A stretch of DNA of 64,000 bases from assembly GCA_040954595.2 (NCBI GenBank), contig CM082583.2, positions 7,996,849 to 8,060,848 on the forward strand, written 5' to 3'. Numbering within the stretch: position 1 is the first letter of the stretch; each line of letters begins with the position of its first letter. Made by a program: the position numbers and the translations under genes. Positions 12,701 to 27,700 of this stretch are shown here, in pieces. This DNA is from Balanoglossus misakiensis. Its lineage: Eukaryota > Animalia > Hemichordata. The notes below the pieces were generated by a model. That model was not told the DNA's origin and did not search any database. It was given only the letters and a program-made list of their open reading frames with translations.

Positions 12701-15700
12701 AGAACTTAGCCAGGTGACACACGTATCTTCGGATAACCTTTTTTTATTACAGGGAAACTAAACAATTAAAAGTAATAGGAGTTCCCATGTGTTGTCTTCT
12801 ATCTGTTGACACCCATACACAAAACACTCGCAAAGCTAACACACAAATTCCCCGCCAACTGAAGTACCCCAGTGTTTGGAAACAGCTGCGAGGTCCAGTT
12901 GACTGTGTTCCTTTTGTTATGCTTACGGTAGTTACAAAATATCACGTCAGAAGTTATTAATCTGTCAATAATTTCTCCTTCTCGACGCCGCATTTTTTAT
13001 CGTCTAACGCCGTGTTGCCTTGAAACACTTTTAAATCGAGCAAATTTACGACCGAGACAGCGTTTATCTTGATTACATGTAACGCGCAACCACACGTCAA
13101 ACTGAACACATTCTGGAGAGAGTTATACGCTGTTCTAATAAGTATGTTTTGCTAATATGTGATTCGATTAGTATTTTAAGAAACGATTGATTGGTCTGTC
13201 AAGGGAAAAAAATAAATGTGTAAATTAGAAACAAAATCCGTGAAAAATAATGAAGGCACCTGAAGAAGATAAACAAAACAAACTCCCCGGGGGAACCACA
13301 GTACGGACCTACACGAAGTTAAAACGCATAGCATCATTCCAACAGAGAAAACGCTAGAAGGTCACCATGTATCTAATAAGTTGTTTGTGTGTGAGTCATG
13401 AGCAAGCTGGTTACAAAGACACGTCACGTAATTGGCACCCCACACGCTGGTGACAGAAATATGGCTCCATATACTTTATGCCAGCCAGATACAAATTCGA
13501 GTGTCTAACTCGTTTCATCATGACGTACATACAATCCAGCGTTTCCGCCATTTGCTGCTAATACTTATAAAGAACACTTTTGTGTGTGTAAGGAAAAGAA
13601 AATGTTTGCGGTTTACGCCATAGTGGGAAACCAAGCCTAATTTCACTGCAAGTCATCTGCGACACAAACTACTGTAAAATTCTGTCGAATGGGTGGACAG
13701 GCATACTTCTACTTAGAGTACTAGTCAGACAGATAATATGCCGAACCACACAGAAAGATTAGCAACACGCTTTATAGGGTGTATAAAGAGCCCAAGTGTT
13801 GCATACGGATATGTGCCCTTCCAGAACTTATCTGGCATATGCCACGATTTCATTCCCCAGCGCGACAACTGTAACGTTCCCCAACAAAATCGAGTGGAAT
13901 AGCATTAGACAGATGTCATGATTTTCAAATTATTCTTTAAAAATCCATTTAACTTTAAACGGGAGCATGTAATGAATTTGAATGAGTGGCCGATAAGAGA
14001 TTCCCATCTCGGTAATTAAACAAACTGGTTAATATAACCAGAAAGAACCCTCATTGCTCATATACGTTTACTTTAAGATTTGAGTCATTCTGACGCAGGA
14101 TTGTGATAAGGTTTTTTTTAAATTGAATTGAATTGAATCGATTGGAATTGAATTGCAGAGTTTGGGCCAGCCACCACAGCCACCGGCATGTGGTAAGCGA
14201 CGGAAGTGCGACCTCTATTTGTAATGTGATTAGTCGCTTTGTATCTGAAGTGCTCCCCGCGGATGCAGTCTCTAAACACGGACAATACTCTTCTGATAGG
14301 TAACCTTGTCTGTCCCTGCAGTCAGCGCCACATTTGGAGTATTTACCACCGACTAATCAGCGAAAATTAAGGGACTCGATATTTAGAGAGTTTTATCAGA
14401 CGTCTTGAGGCAAATACCCCGAGATAGTACAGCATTACGCGTAGCGTCTGGCTATTTTATTATGCACAATTGCAAGTGATATAGTCACCGATTTCCTAAC
14501 ACATGCCGTCAAAAGGAACGCATGGTGTTGTAGAATCTACTGATTTGTGTCAGTGGCGTAATTCTCATGATACTCTTTTTAGAACACACTCAAACCACGC
14601 TGGAAATAAATCCTTAATTTCCCCCATCGAAGTCTGCCTCCTACCGCATAGCGTGGTTAATGAACCATTCCAAATAGCTATATGCGCAAATTGCCTTCCT
14701 TCTTGTCTTGCCAGCTCAACAAAATATGTGTTTTGATTTCCGTCATCAAGTATTTGCTTCAGAAGACAACATGTCAATAGTAACATGGAGCTCTCGCTGC
14801 CTTAATACGTGAAAGGGCTAATTTTCATGGGGGACAGGACGACAACTAGGTGATATTTTATGGGCACAATAATGCCAAAAGACATACACACGGGATAAAG
14901 TGCTCAGTGAAACAATTAAAAATGGTCCGGATCATGTGAATCGGTACTTCCAGACTATTCCGTCTTTTCACCAGATGATATTGGGGCCAAGAGTTCACGC
15001 GGTTCTCTGTTGATTTGTGTAACTGGACATCTAAGCAGTTAATAACCCTTAAGTTCTCTCCGCCTCGCCTGTAAAGTCAATCCTTTTTATGCACGCTCGC
15101 CGAGGCACGGAGTCATGAAACCTGTCACGACTCAACAACGCCAGTTATATATAAAAATTCAACTTGCGTTTTTTGTATAAAAAAAAACTCCGGTTCGCGT
15201 TCGTAATCATCGACAAAGCAATAAATGAAAGTGGGACTGCCATGGATAATCACACAGGTCCATTTATTTAGAGTTTTTGGGGTTTCAATTTTAAAAAAGA
15301 TGTTCTCCGCGCCATAAAAATAGATCAAAGCCACAATAATCCGAATCGCATTGTGGTTCATTTACTACAGAAAGTAAGAGATTCACACACCATCGTTAAG
15401 CGCGATGAAGTGACGATGTCTTTCTTTTCACTCGTTATCGGAAGATAATTATCGTTTTTCAAATTTTACTGAACGAGAATCCTACGCATTTGGTAACGCA
15501 GTTCGCATTTGAACAGTTTTGAAAGCGCATTTATTCCAGTCGATCTGAAAAACATTTTGAACCGATTTCTTCAACATAAAAAGATTAAACCCTTTGCGAC
15601 CGTGAAACTGCCGGTGCACTCAACAGTACTTTCGGATGCCACAACACACATTAGAATGCTTAAAACATCTTGACTTTACGAGCTCTGCCATTTGTTGGCT

Positions 15701-18700
15701 GAACCACCTGACATTAACGACAGTGTGAAGACTACGCAAAAAGGCGCGCCCTTCACCTTTCTCACTTGTCAAAACAAGACATCTACTGCAAAACGTGTAT
15801 TTTAGGCACTTTATGAATGCCAACCAAACATTGACTGTTCACGCGAAATTTGTTTGCGTACCTGCTGCAGGAAAACATGTTTTGATCTCATGCACGTGAC
15901 GTATAGTGGAAATTCAAAATGGTGGTGCGGTGGCATTGTTCACGTGACGAACACCTGATCACCCACCAGACTTTTCAGAACAATGTCTTGTCAAGTTTTA
16001 TACTGAAACTACGACGGTAAGGACTTAGATCACCTTACCTGTTATAAAGGAGAATGTCAGGCAGCCATAACATATCTGGAGGAATTCGGATCGATGATAT
16101 GTTACCGTACTGCGCTGGGTTCCATGATAAGTAGGAGTCATACCAATGCTATACAAGAGAAAGAATAAATAAGTGAGCAATATTGCAATATGAATATATT
16201 AAATTGTTGGATGTGACATTTATACTATTGTCCATAGTGGAATACACGCGGAATTGACGCCTTTATGCGCAGCAATGGAAGATACTGGGGAAATTCTTCC
16301 CATTTCATGTATTCTCTATTCACAATATTTGCAATCTTTGGTCAATGGACGGCGTTCTCCTGGGAAAACTGACATTTTGCCGATAAAACGTTTCAGTAAG
16401 GCTGTACTTGAGTGGGAACCATGAACAGAAACGTTGTGTACTATGTTTTCAGCGTATGACAGCAACAGAAAATCGATGAGGGGTTATAGGCATGATGGAA
16501 AACAACTCTGTCGTAGTTTCAAATGGTGGTATTTTTAGACCGAAGGGAGATGTTGACCACAAATGTACACCATGGCGGAATGTAGATAAAAATCGAAAAA
16601 TCTGGGCTCGATGTCTTTGGACGCTCCTCACAAAAAAATCAATAGTCTGTTTAAAAATAAAACAATTGTTCCTCAAAAAATCAATAGTCTGTTTAAAAAT
16701 AAAACAATTGTTCTTCAAGAAATCTGGTTTACTCTCTAGACGTTATACCACCCAACAAAGTGCAATTGTTAATATCTGTCCTCTTCGGTGATAATTCTGG
16801 GCGTCAAACTTCCATCAGGCAGATTGTTTGATCATAACTTTAGCACGTTATCGCTTTTTCTCATTGGGCAGCAAAATTGCCACTCTAGACACTTCATTAT
16901 ACAACGAGGCCGCTCGGCTCGGTTTAAGTTGAATGATGAATGCACCGGAGAGTCTTAGGTCGGGATTCACGTCTCCGAGGTACATGGAAATATTACTCAA
17001 AAGGCAAGGCGGATTTACAGGTAATTTGCGAATTGCATCCAACCTTAATGTAATGCCGTAAAGTGGCATCAAAGAATAATACAAGTGTTTTGTACGTGAT
17101 CGGGACGTCAAAACGCCAAGCGTAGCTCTAGAAGCGACTGATTAATGGAGGGGGGGGGGAGTTCTACTACGCATAAGGAAAAGTAATCATCTACATATCT
17201 CTTGAGTTTATTTTCCAACACATTTGTCCAAGTAATGACATTAATGACGGGACTCAATCGGCGCGTTCTTGATTTCTGTGTTTCTACACAACGCTCGAAC
17301 AGATATTCGTTAAGTCTGTTGTCCCAAAGCATGTATCATATGTACACTACCACATTTAAAATCTCTGTTTTCGAACCACATAGATCCGAAGAACACCAAT
17401 AAATTGAAAAGAAATATTGGATGTCAGTGTTAGTATTAATGTTTATGTGTTTCTGTTGGAATGAATTAAATCAGAAAATCCTTTAAAACCCCTCGGATAT
17501 TGTTTTAAAAATTCAGACTGACGTAAGAATTTGGCGTCGTAGTCGGTTTAAACAAGTTGCAACATTTGTCAAATAACAGTACGCCGCCGTCTCATTCCGA
17601 AATACGTCATGGTAGTTTTTTTTTGCTGTTTGTTTTTTCTTAATATGCGCTAAAGTGAGTGTCACTTTGCAGCAATGTTTTAATGGACTGTAAAGTCGTC
17701 CCCGCGGAGCGACTCTTCATCCGTTAGGTCAAGCATATGCGCGCCGTTAGTCACCTTTGGTTGTAAAAAAACAAGCAAACTGACAGCTGGTGAGGCGAGT
17801 GTAACTGTCGGTGTTTTCGCGAGTATACGAGGTTTATCATTCCAGTTTTGATAGAAACGCGGTTCGCAAAATTTCCAAGTCGACAATTGAAGGAAAATAG
17901 TTTATACTTCTTCAAAGACAAATGCCCCGATAGTTAAATAAGTTAGCCTGCATAACTGCATATTGTAAAAAGAACACAAGAGCAAAACATGTTTTTTATT
18001 TGATCGTTAAAGAGATACGGAAGTATATCGTCTCTAAAACATATAGCAAGTGTTTAACGGGATGATATCATCTCGAAGCAAAATCTATCGACTGAATCGC
18101 TTCGGGGCACTGTTTTACATCATTGCAATAAATCGAAATTAAGTTATGGCCACTTTTCAGTAACGGCGGGATTTATTGCCCACTTTGGTTCAACATCTGC
18201 ATGTGTTCTACGGGGACTGCATTAAACTCACATAAGAACCGGCTAAACGACACCAGCGGTTGGGGAGCCGTGTTTGTCTAAGTGTTAGATAATCGGTGGA
18301 ACCGCGTTTGGGGACGTGTCCAATTCTCAATATGTCAGAATATGCAACGCTAGGTGACGGCAAAAAGTGAGATTGAAAACATTAACGTCTCTGATGCAGA
18401 CATTTGTCAAATTTATTGCGCAACGCTTTAATCGTGTCCTCGCAGAAGAATATGCACAGCGAAGTGCTAAAAGCCAATTTGTCTTACTGAGGGGCGAAAG
18501 AGTTTTGTCTCCTAGCAACACTTCGACGGAAACAAATCCTTGGCATAGAGAAATTGCATTTGTTAATTCGGTCCGGTAAAGAAGATTACGCCAATGGTGC
18601 TGGGAGCGATTTTGTCGACAAAGAAAGCTAATCCCTTTCTTGACCCAATCAGGTCATGCAGACTGGAAGGTCTGAGAGGCTTCATTATGATGCAGATTAT

Positions 18701-21700
18701 GTTGGTTTTGGTGATGCGGACACAAGATACATGTACCGGGCCCCAGTGCAAACTCCAAAAGCGGTGAATGACACCGTCTGATTCCCGTACCCTTGCGCTT
18801 GCGGAAACTCCTGCCTCCGAACTGAATAAGACTTAAGTGAGTTTATTAAAGTGTTGCGGGTAACGCGTTATTTAAAAACGATTACTCGCGTCTGGGCGGA
18901 AACGAGACGCGTCCGCATGTGAATGCCTCCTGAATTAACACTTTCGTCTTATTATTCCCCGTGCACGATGCATTGGCACGAAGAGCTTCTATTCATTCCG
19001 GGCAAATTCCAATCGAGTTAAATGGTTCTGGTCAGTTGGAAAACACGAATTAGTATCCTTTGGCGTGGTGGTGGCGTGTACGCGTTTGTATCAGACGATC
19101 AGACCATATACATGTAGTAATGCTGCATGGACGGCGAGAGGGGTTGTGAGAGAGTCTAGTTTGCAGAACTGCCATGTTTTAACTGTGATAAACAGGCGAT
19201 GTTCTGTCTGGAAACAAAACAAGGAACGGTACACCAGTACTTACCACACGAAGCCATATATTGGTTGTCAATATTTGATTTTTTTCATCCTAGACAAGAA
19301 TGATAGAAAAAAACGAAGTGCATTAGTATATAGTTGTTCTTTCTTAAGGCCTCGTGCTCATAAGTAAGATTGAAAGCGCTCAACACTTAATAGTTGAACG
19401 ATCGATGTGCTCACAGGAAGTACCAAATTATTCAACTTGGTGGAACCACTTTTCACTGATCAGCATTTATTGCAATTTTTTCCGCGAACAAACAATTTTA
19501 ATAGAAAACACTCGCGATCCACGACCGGGTCATGTACCAATCAAAGCCCTACAAGCAGATGACGGCAATTAGATAATTAGACCGGCGGATGCTTATGGGT
19601 AAAGATTTGACACGATTTATCACTCTCATCACCGACGAACTCATCCAGGCGAGGAGACAATAAGTTTTCATCCGCAAATGACTTACTTACCAAGTCTATG
19701 ATTTGACGTAGAGTTAGGCCCAGATCCACAATGATAGGGTCACTCTCGTTCTTCGCCGGTCTCTCTAACCTATTGTAGTCCTGCAGCAGGGTTTTCAACA
19801 GTTTTCTTTCGTACTTTCCTTGCTGTGAATCTGAATTTTAAAAAAGAAACGCACATTTTGAAACGACGATGTAATATCTGTGTTGTAAAATAATTATGCA
19901 ATTCATCCAATCCATTTACTGATACCTGCAACCGACAACAGCTTATCACAACGTTGGAAAATCGAAATCGCATTTATCGGCTATAAAATGTTATTGTATA
20001 GAATCACACACTTCAATTTTTTTTTAAAAAACTGACAACTTTTTATTACGATTGTCTCTGACAAAAAAGCGAAAAATGTCATAACTGAGTGAACCAACGC
20101 GCCTTCAATCATACGCAATGATGGACAACGTTGCTAAGACACCAAGCCCATCAGTTGCCACGGATACGGGCATCGCCCATGAATACGCGCAGAATGCCAC
20201 ACGCCGCACACATTATCATTATTTTGAAATTTGGTGATAAACACTGGACACACAATTCGTTAGTGTGCATAGAAATGTTAAAAGAACAGCTGAACCAACT
20301 CACTGTCCACTTAAGTCAGCGATTACCATGGTTACAGAAACGCTCTACAGATACTATCTTCGATTGCACCAGAGACCATGTTAGATTTTAATTTGTAAAA
20401 TCGATCAGTCTAATATGTGTGGGTTAGAGCGTGTTTTAAACAGACGGCCACGGAACTAATTTGCACGTCCACCGGAAGCAAGAAGAAGCGGAACTGAAGC
20501 GAGGCATTTTAAGTCGACGATGACTTGCGCCTGTTAGCTTCATTATCGCTATAATTAACACCGAATTGATTGCGTTTTATCAAACATTTACTGCCATGTA
20601 GAGTGATCTTAACGACGTTGTTCGCCTCGGTACTTTTCATCAGACACAGTATGCTTTATACAATAGTTTACAACATCTGCAAAGAGATGTCTGGTGATGT
20701 AAGCCAACATGGTCGTGAATGCTAGTGATTTCTCCTTAGCTTTCCTGTTATGAACAGTTAACGCTCTATTACTGGACTTGTTCTCTTTTGAATCAAATAC
20801 TCTACACCACTCGGCTTCGTTTGCTATACCGAGTGATGAGAGGTCCTTATCATGGGCCGAAATCATTCATAACTGTCGCGGATTCAATTAGCGTTTTAAC
20901 AGCTTGTTCACGTCAAATAATCAAGCGGTGGTGATTAAGAATCATTATAAAGCTTATCACTGATCTCATCGGTGACAATTTCAGATAAATATGTGATTCG
21001 GCGATAAGGAAAGTGCCGACTGGGCGAGATATTTGTCTGTGAAAAGGGGTGACTGAAATCGAGGTCGATGAAAATACTGATACAGTATGCTGTATTGCTA
21101 TAGTTAGCAGGAACATAGAGAAAATTCGTAACTCTAGCACCATGTACACGATCGGAGTAATATTAAATCAGAAATATTTCCTGAAGTGTAAATGTTAACT
21201 AGGCCCTAATCGTTGTTGACAATGAATTCAAGCCCGGACTCGAATTTATTTTCAACCTAAAAATGCTGACTGAATATACGTGGGCTGGGTTGATAAGTTC
21301 AATTACTTATTGGTTAGTTCATCATCATACTTAAGAAGGTTTAGCAAAAATGTAGAAAAGCCAAAAGGTTCAGGTAATAGAGCTTTAACAATCAGAAAAC
21401 ATGACAGTAATCCGTCCTTGCAAATTTCCAACCTTGCGCTTTAGAACGACTTTAACAAACCGAACATTATAGTCTTTACCACGTTTCGCCAGATTACAAC
21501 CGGGCGTCCTTGAGAAAGACCACCTTCCAAAGACGCGCTTGATCCTTTAAATTGACATACAGAATTCCTCGAAGAAACCAAAATAAATCGGCAGAAAATA
21601 AGCTGGGCGAGGGGCTGGATTCATTGGCGGTTAAAATAATTGATTTTTGCGTAAGCAATTACCGTGATCTCTGTTGGATTCACGTTGACGTAAATCGCCG

Positions 21701-24700
21701 AGAATGATAAGGTGGCAAACTTTTGACATTATTGGGTTGGGTTTTCTTCCATTAAGCTGATAGTACACTAAGACACGCGTATTAATAATTATTATTGCAG
21801 GCCCATTTGAAACAAGCTCGCGGGCTTAACGTATGACAGACGCGTACTGCTTCTGCTTGCAACATCACGTCACCATCGAATAATTCCTGTTTTATGCCCC
21901 GAAGCATTACGGCGCTGTGCTCTCGAAACTCAACGATTGGAGCGTTAAATTTTCGGTTGTGGCAGATCAATATGAATGTCTTGCCCAGCGAATCAATGCT
22001 AATCAAAAGTTATCAGGGTGGCTTGTAACCCGAAGAGATGGCGATTTTTCAGGTTGTATCAACGGTTAGACATTATTTGCCTGGATTGATTGGAAATGTG
22101 AAATCACGGTCTCTCAACTCACCGTTGTGAAATACCTTAAGCTTGGTATAAACAAGAAGAGTTTGTACAGAGAGAGATGCCTTTGTATAGAATCACGTTT
22201 TTTTGCCCGTTTAGAACTTACAGTTCTAAGTAAAATCAGTTTAATTGTTGGAAAATGAAAAACAACGAGGCTGTATATAGGGAACGCACACTGTTAGCTT
22301 CACAATTCGTCGTTAGACAAAAAAACACGCCTAAAAATATCCTTTACAGACCTGCGCAGTTTAACTGCTTTGCGTGTGTACACACTTTTTACGAGCACCG
22401 TGATTTACGACATCCATATTACGCCAACCTTTTCGATTTTATTTCCGGGCGACTTTTGTGCAAAAAATTAACCTGAAGACGAGACAGATTTTATCGCTAC
22501 CTCTGTCAAAATCAATCAGCTGCCATTACCTTCCATTTTGTTTACCGCAGTTCATATTAGCGTTTCATGATCTGACGCGGTCGATAAATAAATCAATGTC
22601 AAAAATTTGCTGAAATTAAACAGTTGATTCTTTGACGTCAATTTGTTCGGCTTTTTTCAAGCATCGCATATCGGTTGACATATTTTCCAGAATGATAATG
22701 TTTACACATAACTTACACTTTACAACACTCTAGGCAGAATTTACTGTTAGGCTTTCCACATTTGGTGACCCTCTTTCGTCACGTGACTGTTAAAGCAGGC
22801 TCACAGAAGACAAAACAAATCGCCGCAAAGTTGGAGTGTGCTAAAGAACAGACGTTCAACACCTCTTTAAATTCACACTTATGCGGCAGATGCATTAAAT
22901 ACACCATGCACAGACAGTAATGTGGTATATAGGCTTGTGTCATATATTCGGGTCGTTAACCCTTTTGGTAAACGCGAATATCGGAGGTACTACCTTACCA
23001 AACAGAACACTGGAGCGAAACCGTATTTTACACAGAACTGATGAGTTTTATGAGCAATGGCTTTTTGGCTGGTGTCTTCGTATGTGATCAGTTTTCATGG
23101 CTGCCTTGTTGACATTGTGCCTAACAAGATCTACGGTACTTAGACTCTGAGAAAAAAAACATTACAGAAATACTTTTTGTAGAATCATTAGCCTGCATCA
23201 TCAGTGGATCACTGACGTACGTTTGCCTTAATGACAATTTGCCTAATGATCAGCTCACTTATGAAAATATCGAGAGTTAATGACAACCTTTGACCCGAAA
23301 TATGCTGATAGACGTCGATACCGAGAAGTGACGTTGGTTATTAAAGCGAAGTTCAAAGAACCATTTTCTTTACATCACTTATACAATAAGTAATCCAGAA
23401 ATGTAATTGCCACAGCACATTCATTTCGCTGAACTTGCATTAGGTTAGAATCGTGTATATACATGTACCTGGGTTCAGAGGACGCCCCACAAACTCTCAG
23501 GAATAAACTCGCAGAAGAAGGGCAGCGATGCATTATATTTGTACGAATGGAATTGCTTTGAGACATCAGAGTGCCACAGATTATTTGTAACTGAATGGTA
23601 ACCTCGTTTCAAAAAAAGGACTATCGTTCAAAACCGGCGTCACTCCTTCGTGTCTATTGAGACAAGTGTCAAAGTGTCGGAATCCTCGCCTTTTCTCGTA
23701 TTCAAATTAGGTCACGCGGTGTAACCGAGAACCAAAAACAAATCGAAGCTTTTTTGGCATAACATCGCGTTCGAGAGCGTCGTTTATGAAAGACGGCCCT
23801 CCACCGCAATCCATTCCCCGTATTTGCCCAAGCGGTCGCTGTGCAAACACTTTCCATAACGCTGGAATTTAATGCAAAAATAAGGGAAAAAAGCCCCGCA
23901 GCTGTCGATTTGTATAGAGTATTCTCATTGCTGAGGGAAACGTTCCAACCTTTCACTAATTTGCACTCGGGTTATTTGTTTTACAGAGGAGAAAAAAATG
24001 GAGGTGTCAGTCAACAGTAATGGGTTCCTCGACATTCTATTGATGTATATGCGAGCACGTCGATAAAGTAAACATTTCCATTCATACTCCCGTCGATAAG
24101 CTGTAAATCACATTTTTAACGCAGGAGGACTCCAGATATTTTCTTTCAGATAAACATAATTTCATTCCGGCGATTTGAAACTTTTCAAAGGCGTAATTTG
24201 TTATGCCTGTCTATCTTCACACTCGAAACAACACACAACTTTGTGAAAACGGCATACGTAGAATACAGGATTGTATTTGTGTTGACAAGATTTGATATTC
24301 CTCGGGCAGTGCGCATCGATTCGACTTTTTCAGCGGACGGCTGCTGTCTCAATCTCAAGCGTTAAAAAGAAGAAGGGCGAAATGTGTTGTTCTCTGGTGA
24401 TAACGTAATGGAATGCAACATAGCCACCTGGTGTCAGTGTGGGGAGTGCTTGCATTACGTCATGCGACACTTGACTCCTCGTCTCAATAGCAGATCAATC
24501 AATCACAACAACTTTGACCGTGGGCACCGACACAAAGAGTTATGTCTTATTATTGAAGAGAAACACGCCGCCGGATATTAAAATCCACTTACATTTCTCT
24601 TCCTTGATGTTCTACCCCCTTCTGTGAAAACTACTCGATACCTCCACCGTTTTAGTACTAAAAGATCTTCGAACCACGAAAATGACCACGGTGTCGTTTG

Positions 24701-27700
24701 ACAAGACGGTCGTTCCCAATAATTTGAGAGTTAAGTCATTGAACATGAACTGAGAAATGAGTTTGCGGCAAAAAAATAACTTGAATTCACCCAAATTATA
24801 GTCTAAGTCTTTTCAGGGCTGTCGCGTCACAATTTTCATGCGCTACTTTGAATCGTTCTCCAATTTTATCACTGCGAAAATGCCATGAATAAATCTCAAG
24901 AATGTGATATACTTGCAAATGAGTGACACGTGCTTTTATTGGTCTTTCTGGTCAGGTTCGGGAGGGCAACGCACTTGCCGTCATTTTCAGTGATCAGCCG
25001 AACTAAAACTCATTACTCGACTTGGAAAAGATACGTAATGCGTCTAGGGTCGTCGGCACTTCCATTGAAATTCTCTCTGCAGTGTCAGATCAGTGTTTCG
25101 CGACAAACACGATAAATGAATTGACACACATACAGACACTTATACAACACCGCGTCTACACAGCTACGCTATGTTTAAAGCGAAGCTAAACTTATCAGCC
25201 TCACGGACGGACTGTCAGTCATACAGGTATGGGTGTACGTAAACTGGCGTTGATTGTATTCCTTTGAACAGTCAGTAAGACTACTGACGTTTGGCAAAAA
25301 AATAAAGTAGCGGTGTATCGGAATATGTCACCTTCAGACAGAATAATTATTCTAATAGCACTCAGGCTCCACAGAAAAATATCTAAAAATAAACGTAACT
25401 CTTTTTACGCAATCATATTCCTGTACCAAAACAGCAGCATTTGATGGTTGATATAATGACTATTTTGTGACCACCCTAGTGCAATTATATCGCCACATAT
25501 TTTTGGGAAAATCTTCAATTATACATCACGTATGATTTGAAAATCTGTGATTGTATTAGGTAATTTAAGCAGAGAAATCTCATCACTTTTGACAATATAA
25601 GGTTGCAACTCATGAGCGCTATGAACAACGCTATTACATAGCGGCGTTCACAAGGGACCGCTTGTAAAACCCGCCGTCCTTAATAGATTGTCGAATACAT
25701 CGTTTTAATATAGACATCTGACCTTTGACCTCCAATATTCTAAACTAATAGATTTCCATATCTCTTAAATTGAAAACCACAAACCCTATCCCACGCCGAC
25801 TACTTTCTCATTATCGTGTTCGATAAAAAAAAAACGTCGCCGCTGGTAATATTGTGCCTCATATAGTTCTCTCGTAATCCCGCCGCCACGACGAGAATAT
25901 TAAAACTATAGCAGCGGGAGATGTGTAAACTTAGCAGTCATTTGCACACGAAAGTTGCTCGTCATTTTCTGAAGGGCGCAGGAAATTCGGCAGGCGCTCC
26001 AAGGAGGTGCGCACCTTGGTCAGCTTTTCACAAGGTCTGATAAGTCCAACTGAAAATTAAAACTATATAATTCTCTGGAAGAATTCTTGCATTAAACCTT
26101 CCTGAAAGATGTTAAATACTCGTTCCCTAAGAAACAATCAAGTTATTCAGTTATGAGATACATTAACGGCAGATGGTATTATAATTATGTGATACTGTTA
26201 CACGCATATGTTACATAATGTCTAGAGTGTAATGCCTAGATGATTAAACATTCCATTATGAAGACAATATCTGACATACTTAATAACTTTGTCATGAAGG
26301 AAGATATTTAAAAAAAATTCTAGCAATGCTGATCAATAGCAAAATCGGACCGAAATTTTCACGGAAATATTTGCCAATTTTGATTTTTTTTAAATAGAAT
26401 ATTGAGATATGAATAACATATTGTTAGACCACACAAATCATACGTTGATATTGTCCACAGTATCCTGAATTCATTCCCATTTAAAATGCGCTGGTGCATG
26501 CGTTCACGTCATAAATACTACTGTGTATTGTTACAAATATATCCGTCGACACAAACGCAATGCATCGACCCCCTTAACATAACTCAGCGTGTGGTATATA
26601 GGAAAACGCTTTTCTAAGAGAAAATAATGCGCCATCGTTAAATCGTAGAATTCGTGTCTCCGTTCCCCTGTCCACGAACTCGTAAAATTATTGTTCCGAC
26701 TCTATTGTCTGTTAACCTCCACCCAATCAAAAGTAACCTTTCGTCTTTCTGTCTTAAATAAATGTAACAGTGCATGATATTGGTTCTCAGCGTTCTCACA
26801 GTATGATCATGCATGCTCACTGGGAGGAAATCTTCCGCGCATGCGTTTGCCGGAAAATTCGTCATGCCAGACAATTATGCCAGACAAATGTAACTCAGAT
26901 AAACTGTTAAACACAGCCAAAGCAATCGGTGCCCTCAGGGTCTGTCTTCGTTTAATGTATTCCCTTCTCGCTAATACCATGAGGTTGTGATGGTTAATCA
27001 TTCTTGTAAAGAAAACTGATTAATTCCTGGGAGCGTGGCACCGCAAAAAGATATTCAAATTTTAAGTGACGGGGTTACCTTTCTTCGCATATTAAAGTAA
27101 CGCGCCTCAATAGAGCGAGCCACAAAGCGGCAAGTCCTGAATTTTCAATAACACGAAACAGTGATGATGTAACAAGCATTGATTAGTTCAATCAACAGAA
27201 GTGCCGTTTTTGTACGAAATGTGCCGTTGTTATCACGCCAACAACAATTCGGAATTATCAGGAATTCACTGGGACTGGCTTCTGGAGTCACAAGGTGATT
27301 TTCGCACACGCGCAGTGTTGAAAACGCAAACTGTGATCCGGACTTGAAATTACATCTCGGGCAGTAGCGACGTACACAGTCAAATTTTAGGTTGAGAAAC
27401 ATACAGCCTACATGTAGTTTGGCATTCCTTATTGCTGATGCTATCGGTCTAACGCTTATGTTTATTCTCCCCGTTTACGTACCCCTGGACATTGGAAGAT
27501 AAGGTGCCGGACCACTCAGCAATACATGAGAAGTGAAATTAAGCTTGGAAATGTATTCGGACGAAGGAGACTAATTGCTTTTAGTGGTGGTAAAATATTT
27601 ACGGTTGTCTGATAGCGGTCATGTTAAATTATGATGGCAATCGGGAACAACTGTACAGCATAATGTTGGTAATGTTTTTTTTCAACATTCAGACATAATT

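Noticed and set aside
16633-16724. Direct repeats considered as a CRISPR-like array
   Set aside because: Only two adjacent 42-bp copies, no spacers, no cas genes, and located in a eukaryotic intron.
11748-19244. Duplicated mutually exclusive exons like those of insect nAChR alpha6/alpha4
   Set aside because: No second copy of exon 3, exon 4 or the M2 exon was recognisable in the introns; a TBLASTN of each exon against the introns would be decisive.
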